A stretch of DNA of 64,000 bases, taken from NCBI RefSeq assembly GCF_006345805.1, contig NC_043001.1, positions 70,618,001 through 70,682,000 of the forward strand, in the 5' to 3' direction. Numbering within the stretch: the first letter of the stretch is position 1; each line of letters begins with the position of its first letter. This document shows, piece after piece, positions 1 through 12,290 of the stretch. Origin of the DNA: Octopus sinensis. Lineage: Eukaryota. The position numbers and the translations under genes were made by a program. The notes beneath the pieces were generated by a model. It saw nothing but the letters and a program-made list of their open reading frames with translations, did no database searches and was not told where the DNA came from.

Positions 1-650
1 GAAAATCTGTGTGTTTAAATGCCAAATTCCAAAACAAACCCTCCAAGCTATAAATATTCACATCTGGCAATAGCGCGAATGCGCAACTAGATTAGAAACT
101 AATCAACAAACAAAGGATGAATAGCGCGTTAAATACTGAGTCTTACAATAAATTTGAAGGAGGGAGCAGCGACTGTAAAAATTGCCACATCGAAATTTTC
201 CCTTTGCCTTAGAGCTAACAAAATCAAATCAGCCTTTAGGCCCGCATACGACTGATCAGACTTAGCAACCAACAGAATAATCTGCAATCAATAGACAATA
301 TCAGATAGAAACAGATTTGAGCTGCTACAAAATGAAAATGAAGAAAATTCATCTAACATAACCTTCAATAATTTTGTAACATCGAACACAGGGGTTGCAA
401 AAGAGATCATACCCATCAAACCTAGAACTAATAAAAAATCTCCCCTAGGGTGACCAAGAGATAGTGAATATGAGAAAACACCTCATACTAAAATTATACA
501 TCTAAGTCATTCAACAATGAAACTACATCCAATATAAAATGAAGGAAATTAGACATGCTGCTGTAAACAAGTAGATATCATTACCCTCGCAGATAGTAAA
601 CAAAATAAGCGGACGCGAAAACTCCAACAAGTCTAAAATTAGAACTAAAA
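1..650 (+). mobile_element. Degraded LINE fragment (APE endonuclease C-terminus plus linker, RTE/RTE-X-like)
   Basis: Manual translation from 78: NAQLD*KLINKQRMNSALNTESYNKFEGGSSDC resembles the APE 'DY..INK.W.NS...SDH' end. Downstream FNNFVTSNTGVAKEIIPIKPRTNKKSP resembles the post-APE linker. Stops and frameshifts present. Confidence 0.55.
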
Positions 651-1892
651 ATCCTCAGAAAAATCCCCAGGGATTATTTTCAAAATTTTTTGGGGAATAT
701 ACCTTTGGTTTCTGATTTAAAATTTCATTTCGTTTAATTTTTATTGACTGGGCAATACCTGCCGTTGCATGAACACAAAAGGTTTAGTTGAGCTATCTAT
801 GTAATGATGACAATATTCTGGATGTTAAATCTGTTTCCCTATTTGGAAAAATATCTGGACATGTCATGGTAGTTTGTTCACATGTTCAATATCTTGAGTG
901 AAGTATGAAGAACTTTGTACTTTTCGTTTTACATGTTAATTTAGCTTTCGGGTTTTGACAGTTTTTTTTTTCAGATGCTTGCTTTGACAGACAGACACCT
1001 TGTATCGAAATACGGAACTTTATCAGCGGAAACTTTCTGAAGTATTTAAGTGTTTCTTTCATATTCACTTCTACTGTTGGCACCAGAATTTCAGGCCAAG
1101 TACTGATTTCCTTTCAAACTCAGGCGATGGATAATCATGGAAATAAAATAAAGTAGTTTTGTAACCTCATCGCTTTGTGAAACATGATAGAAATTAACCA
1201 TTTTCCATTCACAATGCAATATCTTTCACTGTGTTCCTCTGAGAATGTCTCTCTGTACTATGAACGCAATAAACTTTTCTTTATGTTTCTACTATCGTTT
1301 GTACTCGACACGCTTGTAAACTTTATAAGACGTCCAAGACTTATCTTGCTTACCGAATTCTATTCGAAAATATGCAAGATATGTGCTTTTACACAACGAC
1401 AATCCTTTGCTGTTGCGGAAGATATTCGCTACTACATCTAACAGGATGCATTAATATTTTTAAGTAGCTTTTTCGTGATGAACTCATATTAATCTGCGGA
1501 GAAGATAAGATTATATTAAAGACAATATTAGACTGCAACTTGATTACATAAAAACAACGACGTTAAGATGCACATAAAGATAATGCAAATCCTTCTACAT
1601 ATGTCAGCAAGTATAAATCATATTGTGGTATGATCACTATTTGAGAGATACCCAATAACTCTGAAGTCAGAATAGCAGAACGGATGTCATTTTTACATAC
1701 AGCACCCACAAAATATACAGAACCGTTTATGTATTCTTTGTAGTAAAATTTCTTACCGTTGTTTTCGTTCAATGTTGTTTAGTAAATTTGTGTGCGCCTG
1801 TGTGTGTGTGAGTGTGTATGTGTGTGCGTGTGCGTGTATATACACACAGAGATATATATGTATTATGTATATATATATATATATATATATAT

Positions 1893-2200
1893 CCTCCTAG
1901 CCCCACGTGCAAGGAGGATTACATAGGTGAAACAGGAAATTCTTTATGCCAGGATTCACCGAAAACATGTCCGACAGGAAGAATTGCGCAATATACCACT
2001 GAGTAAACACCTAGACACATGTGAAGAAGGAAAATTTAAGATCTCTCCCTTCTACAAATGTCCAAAGAATGACACCTTCTCCAGGAGGAATATGGAAAAA
2101 TATTTCATAACTAAGTTCTCCCCCAAATTGAATGGATGAAAATATCTCTATAATAAGCTGTACCAGATGAAGGACCAAATTTGTTAAGTAAACTGTATTA
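1893..2200 (+). mobile_element. Penelope-like element 3' fragment: GIY-YIG endonuclease C-terminus
   Basis: ORFs 1812-2006 (CKEDYIGETGNSL) and 1927-2139 (HRKHVRQ...LSKHLDTC...FKISPFYK...EKYFITKFSPKLN) give the YIGET/H...E..FI....P.LN pattern across one frameshift. A decayed CAGATGAAGG core follows near 2165. Confidence 0.75.
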
Positions 2201-2203
2201 AAC

Positions 2204-2252
<49 letters not shown>

Positions 2253-2614
2253 CACTTTTTTGGGGGGTTTTTGAAAATACAACATTGAGCAAAGGATATT
2301 CTAATATTTGAATGAAACCATTTTACTTTAATTTGTGGAACCAGTTACTCCTGTATGATAGAACTTAATATTTATTTAACTGTCAATCAGAGAGATATTA
2401 CACTAAATCAATCGAAGATCAGACAACAGACTCAGTGGTTGTCAGTTTGTATTATGTCATCTGTAACTTCAACACAAGAAAGTCTCTTTTTCAAGTATGG
2501 ACCTTATGAAATTTTGCTCATCATACATTGAAGGACAAATCTTTCAATTTATAATTTAACAAACATAGTGTAGCATTTAGTATATGTATAATATATATAT
2601 ATATTATATATATA

Positions 2615-2681
<67 letters not shown>

Positions 2682-3000
2682 ATAGTGGTATAAATATCAA
2701 CACGATTATTTCTTCTTCCTCTTGTTCTTCTTTGTTCCGTTCTCCAACGACGCCACTTCCAGACTCACAGGCACATGCACACACACACAAACACACACAT
2801 CCACAAAACAATAATAAAAGCAATTCCAGACCAGTCTTCTTTTCTAAAAACCAAAAACCATTTACAGTTGCAAATAAATAAAAACAAAAGTGGCACTGAT
2901 TACTCTTAACTATTTGACCATTCCTCCTTAAACACACACACCACACAGACACTCTCTCACAATACAATGATAAAAAGGAAATGTAATTTATGGTCTACCT

Positions 3001-3343
3001 TCTCTCCCCTTCCTTCCTTTTCTTCTTCTTTCCTAACACTCCCTCCAGACACAAAAAAACACACGCACGCACACACATGCTCTCTCTCACTTTCTCCCCA
3101 TTCATCACCCTCTTCTACTGTCTTATGTCCCTTCCCGCCACTACACACCCAATAACACTATAAAATGGTCAACACTTAAATTCTCGTCCCCAAGATTTTA
3201 GACCCCCCCCCCACTGGAGTAAACATCCTGACCAACTAACCAGCAAAACAATTTTTCTTCTTCCCTCTCTCCCTTTTTCCCTTCCCCTCTTTTTCTTTAA
3301 CACATCTTCCAAATACAAAATCACACGCACACACACACACTTG

Positions 3344-3374
<31 letters not shown>

Positions 3375-3460
3375 CTTCTGCCCATATATCACCCTCTTGT
3401 ACTGTCTTATGTCCCTCCCCACCACTACACACTCAATAACACTATAAAATGGTCAAAACT
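3001..3460. repeat. Diverged tandem duplication, period ~284 bp, pyrimidine-rich
   Basis: caccctctt(c/g)tactgtcttatgtccct..ccc.ccactacacac..caataacactataaaatggtcaa at ~3106-3172 and ~3390-3456. Confidence 0.7.
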
Positions 3461-3597
3461 TTTTCACAGGAACTTAGTTCGATTTGAAAACCCTACTAGA
3501 ATGGGAGAAAGCGCTAATATATGATCTGAGTTATATGATGTATAAATACATGTAATATACAAATAAATATCTGTAAATATAAAACCATCCTCATTTC

Positions 3598-3646
<49 letters not shown>

Positions 3647-4012
3647 AATCTCTGAACGAGGTGTAGCTGGCTATTGACACTTTCTGTGCCCTATCGGTAT
3701 TTGCAAAGGGAGGTCATCCTTCCCTCGTCAACCTAAGTGATACGTCATCAGCGCACGACAATCACCGGTCATGCATTGTCGTGCAGTTGCTGTCTATACC
3801 TCGTTCAAAGATTTACTATTGCTTGTATACACTTTTCAAGATCAGTGACGAAAAGTCACTGGAAAAAGGATATAAATATTTGCATTGGAACCCTTCCATC
3901 GAAAACCGGTGATTGTCGTGCGATGATGACGGGTCAATACCCAGAAACTGCAGTCCATGCGCATCACTTAGGTTGACGAGGGAATGATGACCTCCCTTTG
4001 TAAATACCTATT

Positions 4013-4148
4013 TCGTTATTACCCACAAGGGGCTAAACATAGAGGGGACAAACAAGGACAGACATAGGTTTTAAGTCGATTACATCGACCCCAGTGCTTA
4101 ACTGGTACTTAATTTATCGACCCCGAAAGGATGAAAGGCAAAAGTCAC
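4013..4148 (-). mobile_element. SINE family B, 3' part, inserted in the B block
   Basis: Reverse complement of the 3' part of the full copy at 57779-58034. Confidence 0.85.
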
Positions 4149-4545
4149 CTATAGGGCACAGAAAATGTGTCAATAGCCAGCTGAAGATGTTCTCCTGGGG
4201 TTACAAGCTACAGTAACATTCACCCTTAGTGGTTAGCTATATTGAGATGGCAAATATACTTCACATTGTCGTGCAGTTACTGTCCATACCTCGTTCAGAG
4301 ATTTATTATTGCCTGTATACACTTTTTCAATATCAGTGTCGAAAAGTCACTGTAAAAAGGATATAAATATTTGCATTGGGACCCTTCCATCGAAAACAGG
4401 TGCTTGTCGCGCGCGTCGTTGAAATGTTGCTTTTTGCGGAGTTGGAGTTTATGATATTGTGAGTTGCAGAAATTGTTATTAGAAATTTTATTGTTGAAAG
4501 TACTATTGTAGTTGAATTTTGAAAATTATTTTGTAGCTACCTTTT

Positions 4546-5082
4546 GTGGGTATGCAAACAACAAGTTACGCCCAGGCAGCAGGCAAAAGCCTGTCGACCG
4601 ACATGTTGCAGCTGATAGAAGTATTAATTGAGAAGGCAGGTTTGAAGAAATATTTCGAAAATTTCAAGAGGAAGGGTGATTGCTTACGGATCACACAGCC
4701 GGAGGAAGACGCAGAAAAAGCGAGGAAAAAGATTATAGTATATAGAACGTGTAGTGTGGCCAACAAGAAAATAGAAGTGGCAGGAACAGACGACATTGAG
4801 GAATGTCTTACGGAAATTAAAGACAGAACGACCATCTACGCAAAAGGAAGGAAGACTGAGAATCGTGGTGGAGGGAGACCACCAATATGTTATAACTGTT
4901 AAAGAAAGGGACATATGCAAGCAAGGTGTCCTCTAAGAGAAGCGCAAGCAGAAGAGGAGGAAATATGCAGTGACGCAGCGAGAGCGGAGGAAGAAGAAAA
5001 AGAGAATAGGAAAAAGTTGAAGAATAAACGGCAGAAAGAAAGAGAACAAAGAGTCACCACCAAAAAGCCCAAAGAAAAGTAA
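4546..5082 (+). pseudogene. gag/ORF1-like protein with CCHC zinc knuckle, interrupted by one stop
   Basis: SYAQAA N-terminal motif; GRPPI-C-YN-C-*RKG-H-MQAR-C-P (CX2CX4HX4C, 4888-4929, TAA at 4900-4902), followed by an E/K/R-rich tail. Confidence 0.7.
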
Positions 5083-5860
5083 AGTAGAAAATGAAGGAAG
5101 AAAGACAAGTGGAAAACGTAGAGAGATTCGAACCCAGGAACTGAAGACAATGACAATGAGTGAAGAAGGTAAAACCAGAAAAGAGAAATGCGAAGAATGG
5201 ACGAGGAAGGTGATGGAGAGAGTAAATCATGTAAAACAAACAGGACGACCTACGGGAGAGAATGTAAGAAGGTTAAGTTTGTACGAAAAAATATGGAGAT
5301 TGAAAAAGGATTAACAAAAACAAAAGGATTGATACTAGTGAAATTAGAAAACGGCATGTTCGAACCAAGCGTTAGAGCGGTGTTAATAGAAAAAGAAAAA
5401 AATAGACAAATTGATAGAGACATTTAAAGGAAAGATTAAAGTAAGTAAAATAGAATTTCGCTATGATAGCCTGCCCAACGTGATTGGGATGGAGGATGTT
5501 ATTGAACATATATCTGATGGATAAGTTGCAAAATGTATAAATGAAGCTGCGAGTATGGGGAACTCGTAAGCCATTCCATTTCCCATTACACATAACTCAT
5601 TTCATATTCATTATTTGTTTTATGTACCCCAGAAACTGCAGTCCATGCGTATCACTTAGGTTGACGAGGGAAGGATGACCTCCCTTTGCAAATACCGATA
5701 GGGCACAGAAAGTGTGTCAATAGCCAACTGGAGAAGATGTTCTCCTGGGGCTACAAGCTACAGTAACATCCACCCTTAGTGGTTAGCCATATTGAAATGG
5801 CAAATATACTTCACACACACACACACACACCACACACACACACACACACACAACATATAT

Positions 5861-5903
<43 letters not shown>

Positions 5904-5912
5904 GTATATATA

Positions 5913-6121
5913 GTTAATGCAAAAACACCCGAAGAAACAAGGAAAAACAACGCGAGAACGTGGTACACGCTAAGTATTAACAGACGCTCAGAGAAGGGAT
6001 GAAAGGTAGTTTTACGTTTCGAGCAAATCACTTCTTTAGAAATAGGAGACAGAGGAATGTCCAAGAGAAAAGGAGTGGGGTAGGAAATCGCCAACGATCC
6101 ACATGTAGTTACATTTTGAAA
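5913..6121 (-). mobile_element. ~210-bp interspersed element with decayed minimal hammerhead (family also at 40156 and 43498)
   Basis: Aligns by eye to 40156-40372 and 43498-43706; gctcGAAACGT retained, core decayed to CTAAAGA; flanked by (TA)n. Confidence 0.6.
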
Positions 6122-6189
6122 TGTATATATATGTGTATGTTTGTGTGTGTGTATGTAAATATGTATATGTCTATATGTATATGTTTGCG

Positions 6190-6376
6190 TGTCTGCGTTT
6201 GTCCCCCACCATCGCTTGACAAGCGTCACCGTAACATAGCGGTTTAGGAAAACAAACCGATAGAATAAGCACTAGGCTTACAAAAGAAGAAGTCCTAGTG
6301 TCAATATGTTGGACTGGAGACGGTGCTCCAGCATGCCCGCAATTAAATGACTGAAACGAGTAAAACAATAAAAGAA
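6190..6376 (+). mobile_element. SINE family A, 3' half
   Basis: Matches the 3' half of the full copy at 53343-53722 (catcgcttgacaa...gatagaataag.actagg.ttacaaa...aaatgactgaaac). Confidence 0.8.
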
Positions 6377-6391
6377 TGCATATATTATACA

Positions 6392-6440
<49 letters not shown>

Positions 6441-6939
6441 GCATATATGTGGTACAGAGCGTCACCATCAGTAAACAACATAGAATACGAAAACAAATGA
6501 GTTCAATACACAAGAGAGAACCAAGTGGGAAACCGGACGAGTAACACAAAGAACGACCCTTCATCACTTGTCGGCTGTCTATCTACCCCTCATTTCGAGC
6601 ATTGAACGACAAAATGAATCTTCGAAGACAGTTGGTACCATCATTACCAAAATAAAATTAGGGATTTATGGAGGTTCAAAGATGCGAACAAAAACAGGAC
6701 AGTGGCGACATACAAGGAAACCGAACGAAACCACACATGGAGGGTCGTTAGACCAGAACGACGGTAAAATAGCTAACGCTGAAGAAATATTTTCTTTGAC
6801 AAGAGAAAGAATAGAATAGAAAAATAGTGTACGTCCAGTCCTTTGGATAGCCCTGAAAGAAAAGAAAGGTGATCACATGAGGAAAAGAAAGATGGACGAT
6901 GATCACAATACTTACAAAGATACCTGGCATTGTATCCCT

Positions 6940-7400
6940 GATACTCGGGATTAAAATGGCATAGTTTGTATATATATTACTAGCCCAGATACCCGGCTTT
7001 ACCCGGTTACATTCAATTGAGGAAGTAGACTTTTCTGTTATATTTTCTGTAATGAACTTGAATATCTATGTTTCGAATTTCATCAAAATTGCAGATGAGG
7101 GTTATTTTCCTCTTTACACACCCTAAAAAATTGTAATCGTGCCACATGTTTCCCATACTACTGATTTTAATGCGCATATTCCAAAACTCCAGTCTTATTG
7201 AACCTGTTAAAAAGATTTTGCTCCTGAAAAATGAAGTTCATGGAGCTCTAAAATGTGAGATTTAGGGCCCCTGTTGGGGGTGGGCATCTTAATGTCAACC
7301 AGAGAAGTTGAATTGTTGAGAATATTTTTAACTTGGGTCTTATATCTATTGTTTGAATTTCTTTGAAATAGGAAATATATATTCACTGGGTTTGTAAAAG
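6940..7400 (-). mobile_element. Non-autonomous Helitron-like 3' end
   Basis: Minus strand reads ccgggtaaagccgggtatctggg-CTAG-t (hairpin plus CTAG at 6979-6982); related to 48700-49200. Far boundary approximate. Confidence 0.55.
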
Positions 7401-7950
7401 AGAGCAGAGCTACAGGAAACCAAAAGATGAATGATCACAATAAGCAGTCAGTTACCTACCCTAGTCGTTACCACTCCCAATGTAGGATTCCTCACCATTC
7501 AGGTGACAGGCACAGCTGTAAGATTCATTACGAATCTATAGCAATTGGAAGAGCATGACCCGACTGAAATAAACATTAACAACTGTCTGACGTGAGGGCT
7601 AAGGGGAAATCAATGTGTCACCTCTGGAGTTTGTAAATGACCACTATACTGATATGTAACTGGACAGAATAAATTTACAATCTATAAATGTCTTTGAATA
7701 ACCAGTCAATCATCTGGGAAGGCCTTGAAATCAATGTTAGCATCTGGGAACTATGTGTGACCCAGTGATAATAAAAAGACTGACAGGAGGTCTGCAATCA
7801 AATAACTTTACTAAACACTTTGCAACTGAATCAGTGGAGGTAAAGATGCCTCTCATTTACTTGACAATGTATGCACCACATTGCAGAAATCACAATGTAA
7901 GTGTATGTATGTCAAAGCAACCTGTTACACTGTTGTACCATTGAATTATA
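7400..7950 (-). mobile_element. Highly degraded LINE RT remnant
   Basis: Broken minus-strand motifs RGIFTSTDSVAK (cf. RGISL.S..AK), NIDFKAF (cf. F.DF.KAFD) and QTPEVT. Confidence 0.35.
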
Positions 7951-8298
7951 AATAATCCTCAACTTTTATGCTCGGATAACCCTACAGCTTCCAATAGCAC
8001 AACTGTATTCGTTTTTGCTTAGGTAAAATGGAAAGAGTATGGGTGTTAAGTCCCCAAGGCGGGGTCTTTCTAACTTGTAAGAAGATGAAATTTTTATAAA
8101 TATTACTTCATTTGTGTCTAATATCTATGGTTAAAATTTCATCAACCGCAAAAATATATGAATTGTCATGGGGGATATGGCCCTTATGCATAGAATATAA
8201 TTTCCAAATTACATAAAGATCCATTCAGGAGTTTTGACTTAGTTTTAGATCATAAAAGAAATGACTAAAATTTGGGAGTTAAGGCTCCCATTAGGGTG

Positions 8299-8347
<49 letters not shown>

Positions 8348-8351
8348 ATAT

Positions 8352-8409
<58 letters not shown>

Positions 8410-8711
8410 TAGATAGATAGATAGATAGAGATATACACACACACTCATACAAAGATAAATTGATACATACAACTGAGTTGGCAAACAAAATTATGAGACA
8501 CAACCTAGTGCTTTTTTATGTTGATAAGCCTGGTACTTATTCTATTAGTTTGTTCTTGTGAACCCAGTATGTTATGTGGATGTAAATAAATGAGCAGCAG
8601 TTGTGAAGCAGTGAAGAGGGAGAAACACAAAGACGCACACATAGACTTACATATATACATACATATATATATGATTGATTTGTTTCAGTTCCTGTCTACG
8701 AAATCCATATA

Positions 8712-10228
8712 TATTGTTGTTGGCATCCTTTGTGTCTCGGGAGACAATGGAGTTGCGCATAAAATAATCTAGTCAGGCTTTTACATTTCATGTCCTAATA
8801 CATCTGTTGTGGCTGTGTAGTCCTATCCTGGACAAACACTCTCTCTGGCAGGTGCCGCAAATGTAGCAACGACTTTGCCTGGCTGGTTGTAATGTCATAG
8901 TTTCTTGTTCCATTTCTCCTCTCTCTCTTGTCACTCCTTTGTGTTCCCTCTTTTACGGTACGTCGCCAATCTCCACGGATGCTGGCAACTGCTTCCCAGT
9001 TGGTAATATTGATGTTGCAGTCATTCATGTCCCTTTTGCAAACATCCTTGTATCGTAAGAACAGTCTTCCTACAGACCTAGTGCCCGTAGCAAGCTCTCC
9101 GTTGAGTATGTCCTTGGGGATTCTGCCATCTTCCATACGGCTAACATGTCCAAGCCATCTCATACGTCTTTGTGTGAGGAGTGCTAACATGCTTGGTATT
9201 CTCGCTTGCTTGAGGACATCTTTGTTGGGGACATGATTCTGCCATTTCATTCGAAAGATTTTCCGGAGGCAGCGCAGGTGAAAGATATTTAGGCGACGCT
9301 CTTGGCGTGTGTATGGCGTCCAAGTCTCACTTCCATACAGTAGAGTGCTAAGTACACATGCCTGGTAAATCTTCATTTTTGTGGTCTTGGTCAGTTTATT
9401 GTTGTCCCATGCCCGTTTGGAGAGTTGGGCCATCACAGCAGCTGCCTTGCCAATGCGTATATTGAGCTCAGCATCAAGGGATAGTTTGTAGGTGACGGTA
9501 GAGCCAAGATAGGCAAACTTCACCACCTCCTGTAGTCTGTGGTCTCCAATGTGTATGTTTGGGATGTCCGATGTAGCCTGACCCATGATGTTGGTCTTCT
9601 TGACGCTGATAACTAAGCCAAAGTTGCCACATGCTTGCTCAAAACAGATGATGAGTCTTTGTAGGGCTTCTTCTATGTGTGATACCAGAACGGCATCATC
9701 AGCAAATAGCATCTCCTTGATCAGGACGCTTCTGATTTTGGTTTTGGCGCGCAGACGCGAGAGATTGAACAGTTTCCCATCACTTCTACTGTGCAGAAAC
9801 ACTCCATCATCTGATGTCTCAAAGGCATGTGACAGCAGTAGCAAGAAGAAGATGCCAAATAATGTAGGAGCACGGACACAACCTTGCTTTACCCTATTTT
9901 TTATTTGGAAGGCGGCTGATGTCGAACCATTGTGCTGTATGGTGCCTTGCATATCATCATGAAAAGATTTGATGATCCTCAGCAGCTTTGGTGGACATCC
10001 GATTTTTTGGAGCAGGATGAAGAGGCATTTTCTACTTACCAAGTCAAAAGCCTTTGTCAGATCAATGAAGGCCATATATAATGGCATTTTCTACTCTCTG
10101 GACTTCTCCTGAAGTTGGCGTATGGAGAATACCATGTCAATAGTTGATCTGCTTCTTCTAAAGCCACACTTCGATTCTGGATAAATTCGAGAAGCAAGCA
10201 GTTGTAGCCTGGACAGGATAATGCGATA
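8712..10228 (-). mobile_element. 5'-truncated RTE-clade (BovB-like) LINE
   Basis: RT ORF plus upstream in-frame YPESKCGFRRSRSTIDMVFSIRQLQEK; C-terminal C..C...C.SRIGL.SH motif after a frameshift; 3' end SIVSRD-type sequence with a (CAA)n tail at ~8716-8724. Confidence 0.9.
8795..10087 (-). CDS. RTE-type reverse transcriptase (partial, 430 aa ORF)
   Basis: FIDLTKAFD, VKQGC..APTLF, LFADD, F.YLGS, YQACVLSTLLYGSETW and WLGHV.RM motifs. Confidence 0.9.
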   Translation of the reverse strand: MPLYMAFIDLTKAFDLVSRKCLFILLQKIGCPPKLLRIIKSFHDDMQGTIQHNGSTSAAFQIKNRVKQGCVRAPTLFGIFFLLLLSHAFETSDDGVFLHSRSDGKLFNLSRLRAKTKIRSVLIKEMLFADDAVLVSHIEEALQRLIICFEQACGNFGLVISVKKTNIMGQATSDIPNIHIGDHRLQEVVKFAYLGSTVTYKLSLDAELNIRIGKAAAVMAQLSKRAWDNNKLTKTTKMKIYQACVLSTLLYGSETWTPYTRQERRLNIFHLRCLRKIFRMKWQNHVPNKDVLKQARIPSMLALLTQRRMRWLGHVSRMEDGRIPKDILNGELATGTRSVGRLFLRYKDVCKRDMNDCNINITNWEAVASIRGDWRRTVKEGTQRSDKRERRNGTRNYDITTSQAKSLLHLRHLPERVFVQDRTTQPQQMY

Positions 10229-10249
10229 TACTCACCTTTGCGGCGTTAG

Positions 10250-10680
10250 ATGCTGGTACTAACAAGACTCATTGTAGGATTGACACTCGAATGAAAGTAG
10301 ATGTAATGGAAATATTGTACGTAAATGGATGCATTCCGAGAAGGGGCTGCAAGGGGGAAGTTTACAGTTGAAATGTTGCAGCAGGTGCGAAGGGTTGACA
10401 TTGGATTACTGGTGTTGCTGTAGAATAAGAAACATAAACTGAGCCTATGCATTCACCTGAGAATATGTAGTAATGAATTACTTGAAAAACTAAGGCACAA
10501 TGGCTTACCGGATGGCTGGTGGGAGTAATTGGTGAATATGTTTTGATACTGAAGTCCATACAGGAAACTGTTTTGTTGATTCAGTCTTCGGGTTTTTTGG
10601 TATTTCCCGAAATGGTATCCATTTTCACCATTTACAAAGCGCAGTGGATACCGGAGCGCATCGTAGGCTGTAGTCATTCC
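10250..10680 (-). mobile_element. Helitron Rep N-terminal region remnant (helitron_like_N)
   Basis: AYDALRYPLRFVNGENGYH (cf. YDALQYPL.F..GE.G.H) and decayed NASIYVQ...FH..VNP (cf. DA..YV..YG.PDLFITFTCNP). Confidence 0.65.
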
Positions 10681-10689
10681 TAAAAAAAC

Positions 10690-11400
10690 CTCTTGTTAAA
10701 CAATATTTTTTGTCTTCCCTTATGAAATAAATGCAAATAGATTTGTTTTTGCTTCCCAATTGCCAGTGGGAGAAGCATAACTCTTCCTAGTAAAGTTCTA
10801 TTACAGAGAATGTTTGACCCTGGAATTTATTTATAGATATTGTGAAGCTAATACGAATAGGAAATTACATTCTTCTGAATGAAAAAATAATTTCTGCTCC
10901 CAATGGAATCAAAGGAATTCTGGGTACGAAAACATCCTCTCCTGTTCTACATCTAGAGAGAATGGTGGTCTCAGTAGCAAGTGCCATCATCTTCTTTACC
11001 ACCTGGTGACTCCCATTGCAGAGTGTTCGTGGATCCAAATTCCTCAATAACATTACTGGAGTTCCCAATTTAAGTTCCAATCTGTGGGGAGGTAGTCCTA
11101 AAGGCTCCAATGAATTGAGAAATTCTGTTCGATAATTTACCACCTCTTTTGGATCTGGAATCGTATCAACTGACTTATAGATGTGAGGACTTCCAGGAAG
11201 GTACTGCAGCGGCTACTTATTTATTTTACTCAAAGTGATGTTTATTTGGAGCCTGTATTGCTCTTTCAAACAGACATTTGAGACTGTGATATTTTCTTGA
11301 ACGATAGATGTAAAAGAAGACAATCAATTTTTGAAATTTACTTCGCAAAGAGTTACCTCCCTTCTCCATGAAAGGGGGATTTCTGCTCCCAAAGGGTCCG
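10690..11400 (-). mobile_element. Helitron Pif1 helicase C-terminal remnant
   Basis: ERAIQAPN, LPG...YKSVDT, EFLNSLEPLGLPPHRLELKLGTPVMLLRNLDP..LCNGS, GEDVFVPRIPLIP, FPIRISFTISINKFQGQT, GKTKNIV*QEV. Confidence 0.9.
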
Positions 11401-11897
11401 TTACTCATTATGTGAAAAACTTTCAAGAATCTAAACTATCCATGGAACATGCGTAATGTATTTTCTTAATCTGGAGTAAATCAATTGCGATTTCAGAAGT
11501 TATGCGTTTTTAGACACACACTTCCTGAACGTCTTAGTATCGTCCTTCTGTCTGTATGTTTTAATTGTCATCCATTACGTTCTTGTTCCGATTTTTATAG
11601 CGGCGTATGCACACCTTTTGCTCAGGTGATGTGTGTATATATTTTCTTTCGGTTTCCTTCTTCCTTTTGTTTATATTGTATGCTCTCGTTTTTCACTCTG
11701 ATGAAGAGATGTTGCCTTAATTCGAATGCCCTATGAAGATAAAGAATTTTATTCTCGCATTCAGACTGCATTTATAGACTGCATTCAGGTATTTTGATCA
11801 GAAACAGCTGTTAGATTTGTATTGCCTGGCAGTGTATCAATAAATATACTTTAAAATGTAGTCCTATCGATGCGATTTTTAATCTATGTTTTTCTCC

Positions 11898-11899
<2 letters not shown>

Positions 11900-11985
<86 letters not shown>

Positions 11986-12063
11986 GTATATATATGTATA
12001 TATATATATGTATATATATATAATATATATATATATATAATTATATATATATATATATATATA

Positions 12064-12122
<59 letters not shown>

Positions 12123-12145
12123 TATATACATACATACATACATAT
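11900..12145. repeat. (TA)n-dominated microsatellite (one of many; similar tracts at e.g. 15955-16160, 28630-28835, 32035-32330, 45120-45490, 47905-48015, 58340-58650, 62700-63005)
   Basis: Direct inspection. Confidence 0.95.
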
Positions 12146-12290
12146 ACGACAGGCTTCTTTCAGTTTCCGTCTACCAAATTGATTTACGAGACTTGGTCGG
12201 CCGAGGCTGTAGTAGAAGGCACTTGCCCAAGATGCCACGCAGTGGGATGAACCCAGAACCATGTGGTTGGTAAGCTACTTACTACACAGC
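12146..12290 (-). mobile_element. SINE family A, 5' half (tRNA-like head)
   Basis: Reverse complement of ggctgtgtagtaagtagcttaccaaccacatggttctgggttcatcccactgcgtggcatcttgggcaagtg. Confidence 0.85.

Larger units (their letters stand above)
3644..5815 (+). mobile_element. Unclassified non-autonomous retroelement: repeated A/B terminal blocks flanking a gag-like internal region
   Basis: A block at 3774-3922 and 4264-4412; B block at 3937-4263 (SINE-interrupted) and 5624-5815; inverted deleted copy at 3644-3770; internal region 4413-5623. Confidence 0.7.

Noticed and set aside
11811-12143. Numerous 60-200 aa ORFs rich in YI/CV/HT/LS dipeptides throughout the track
   Set aside because: They are translations of (TA)n, (CA)n, (GA)n and (TATG)n microsatellites.
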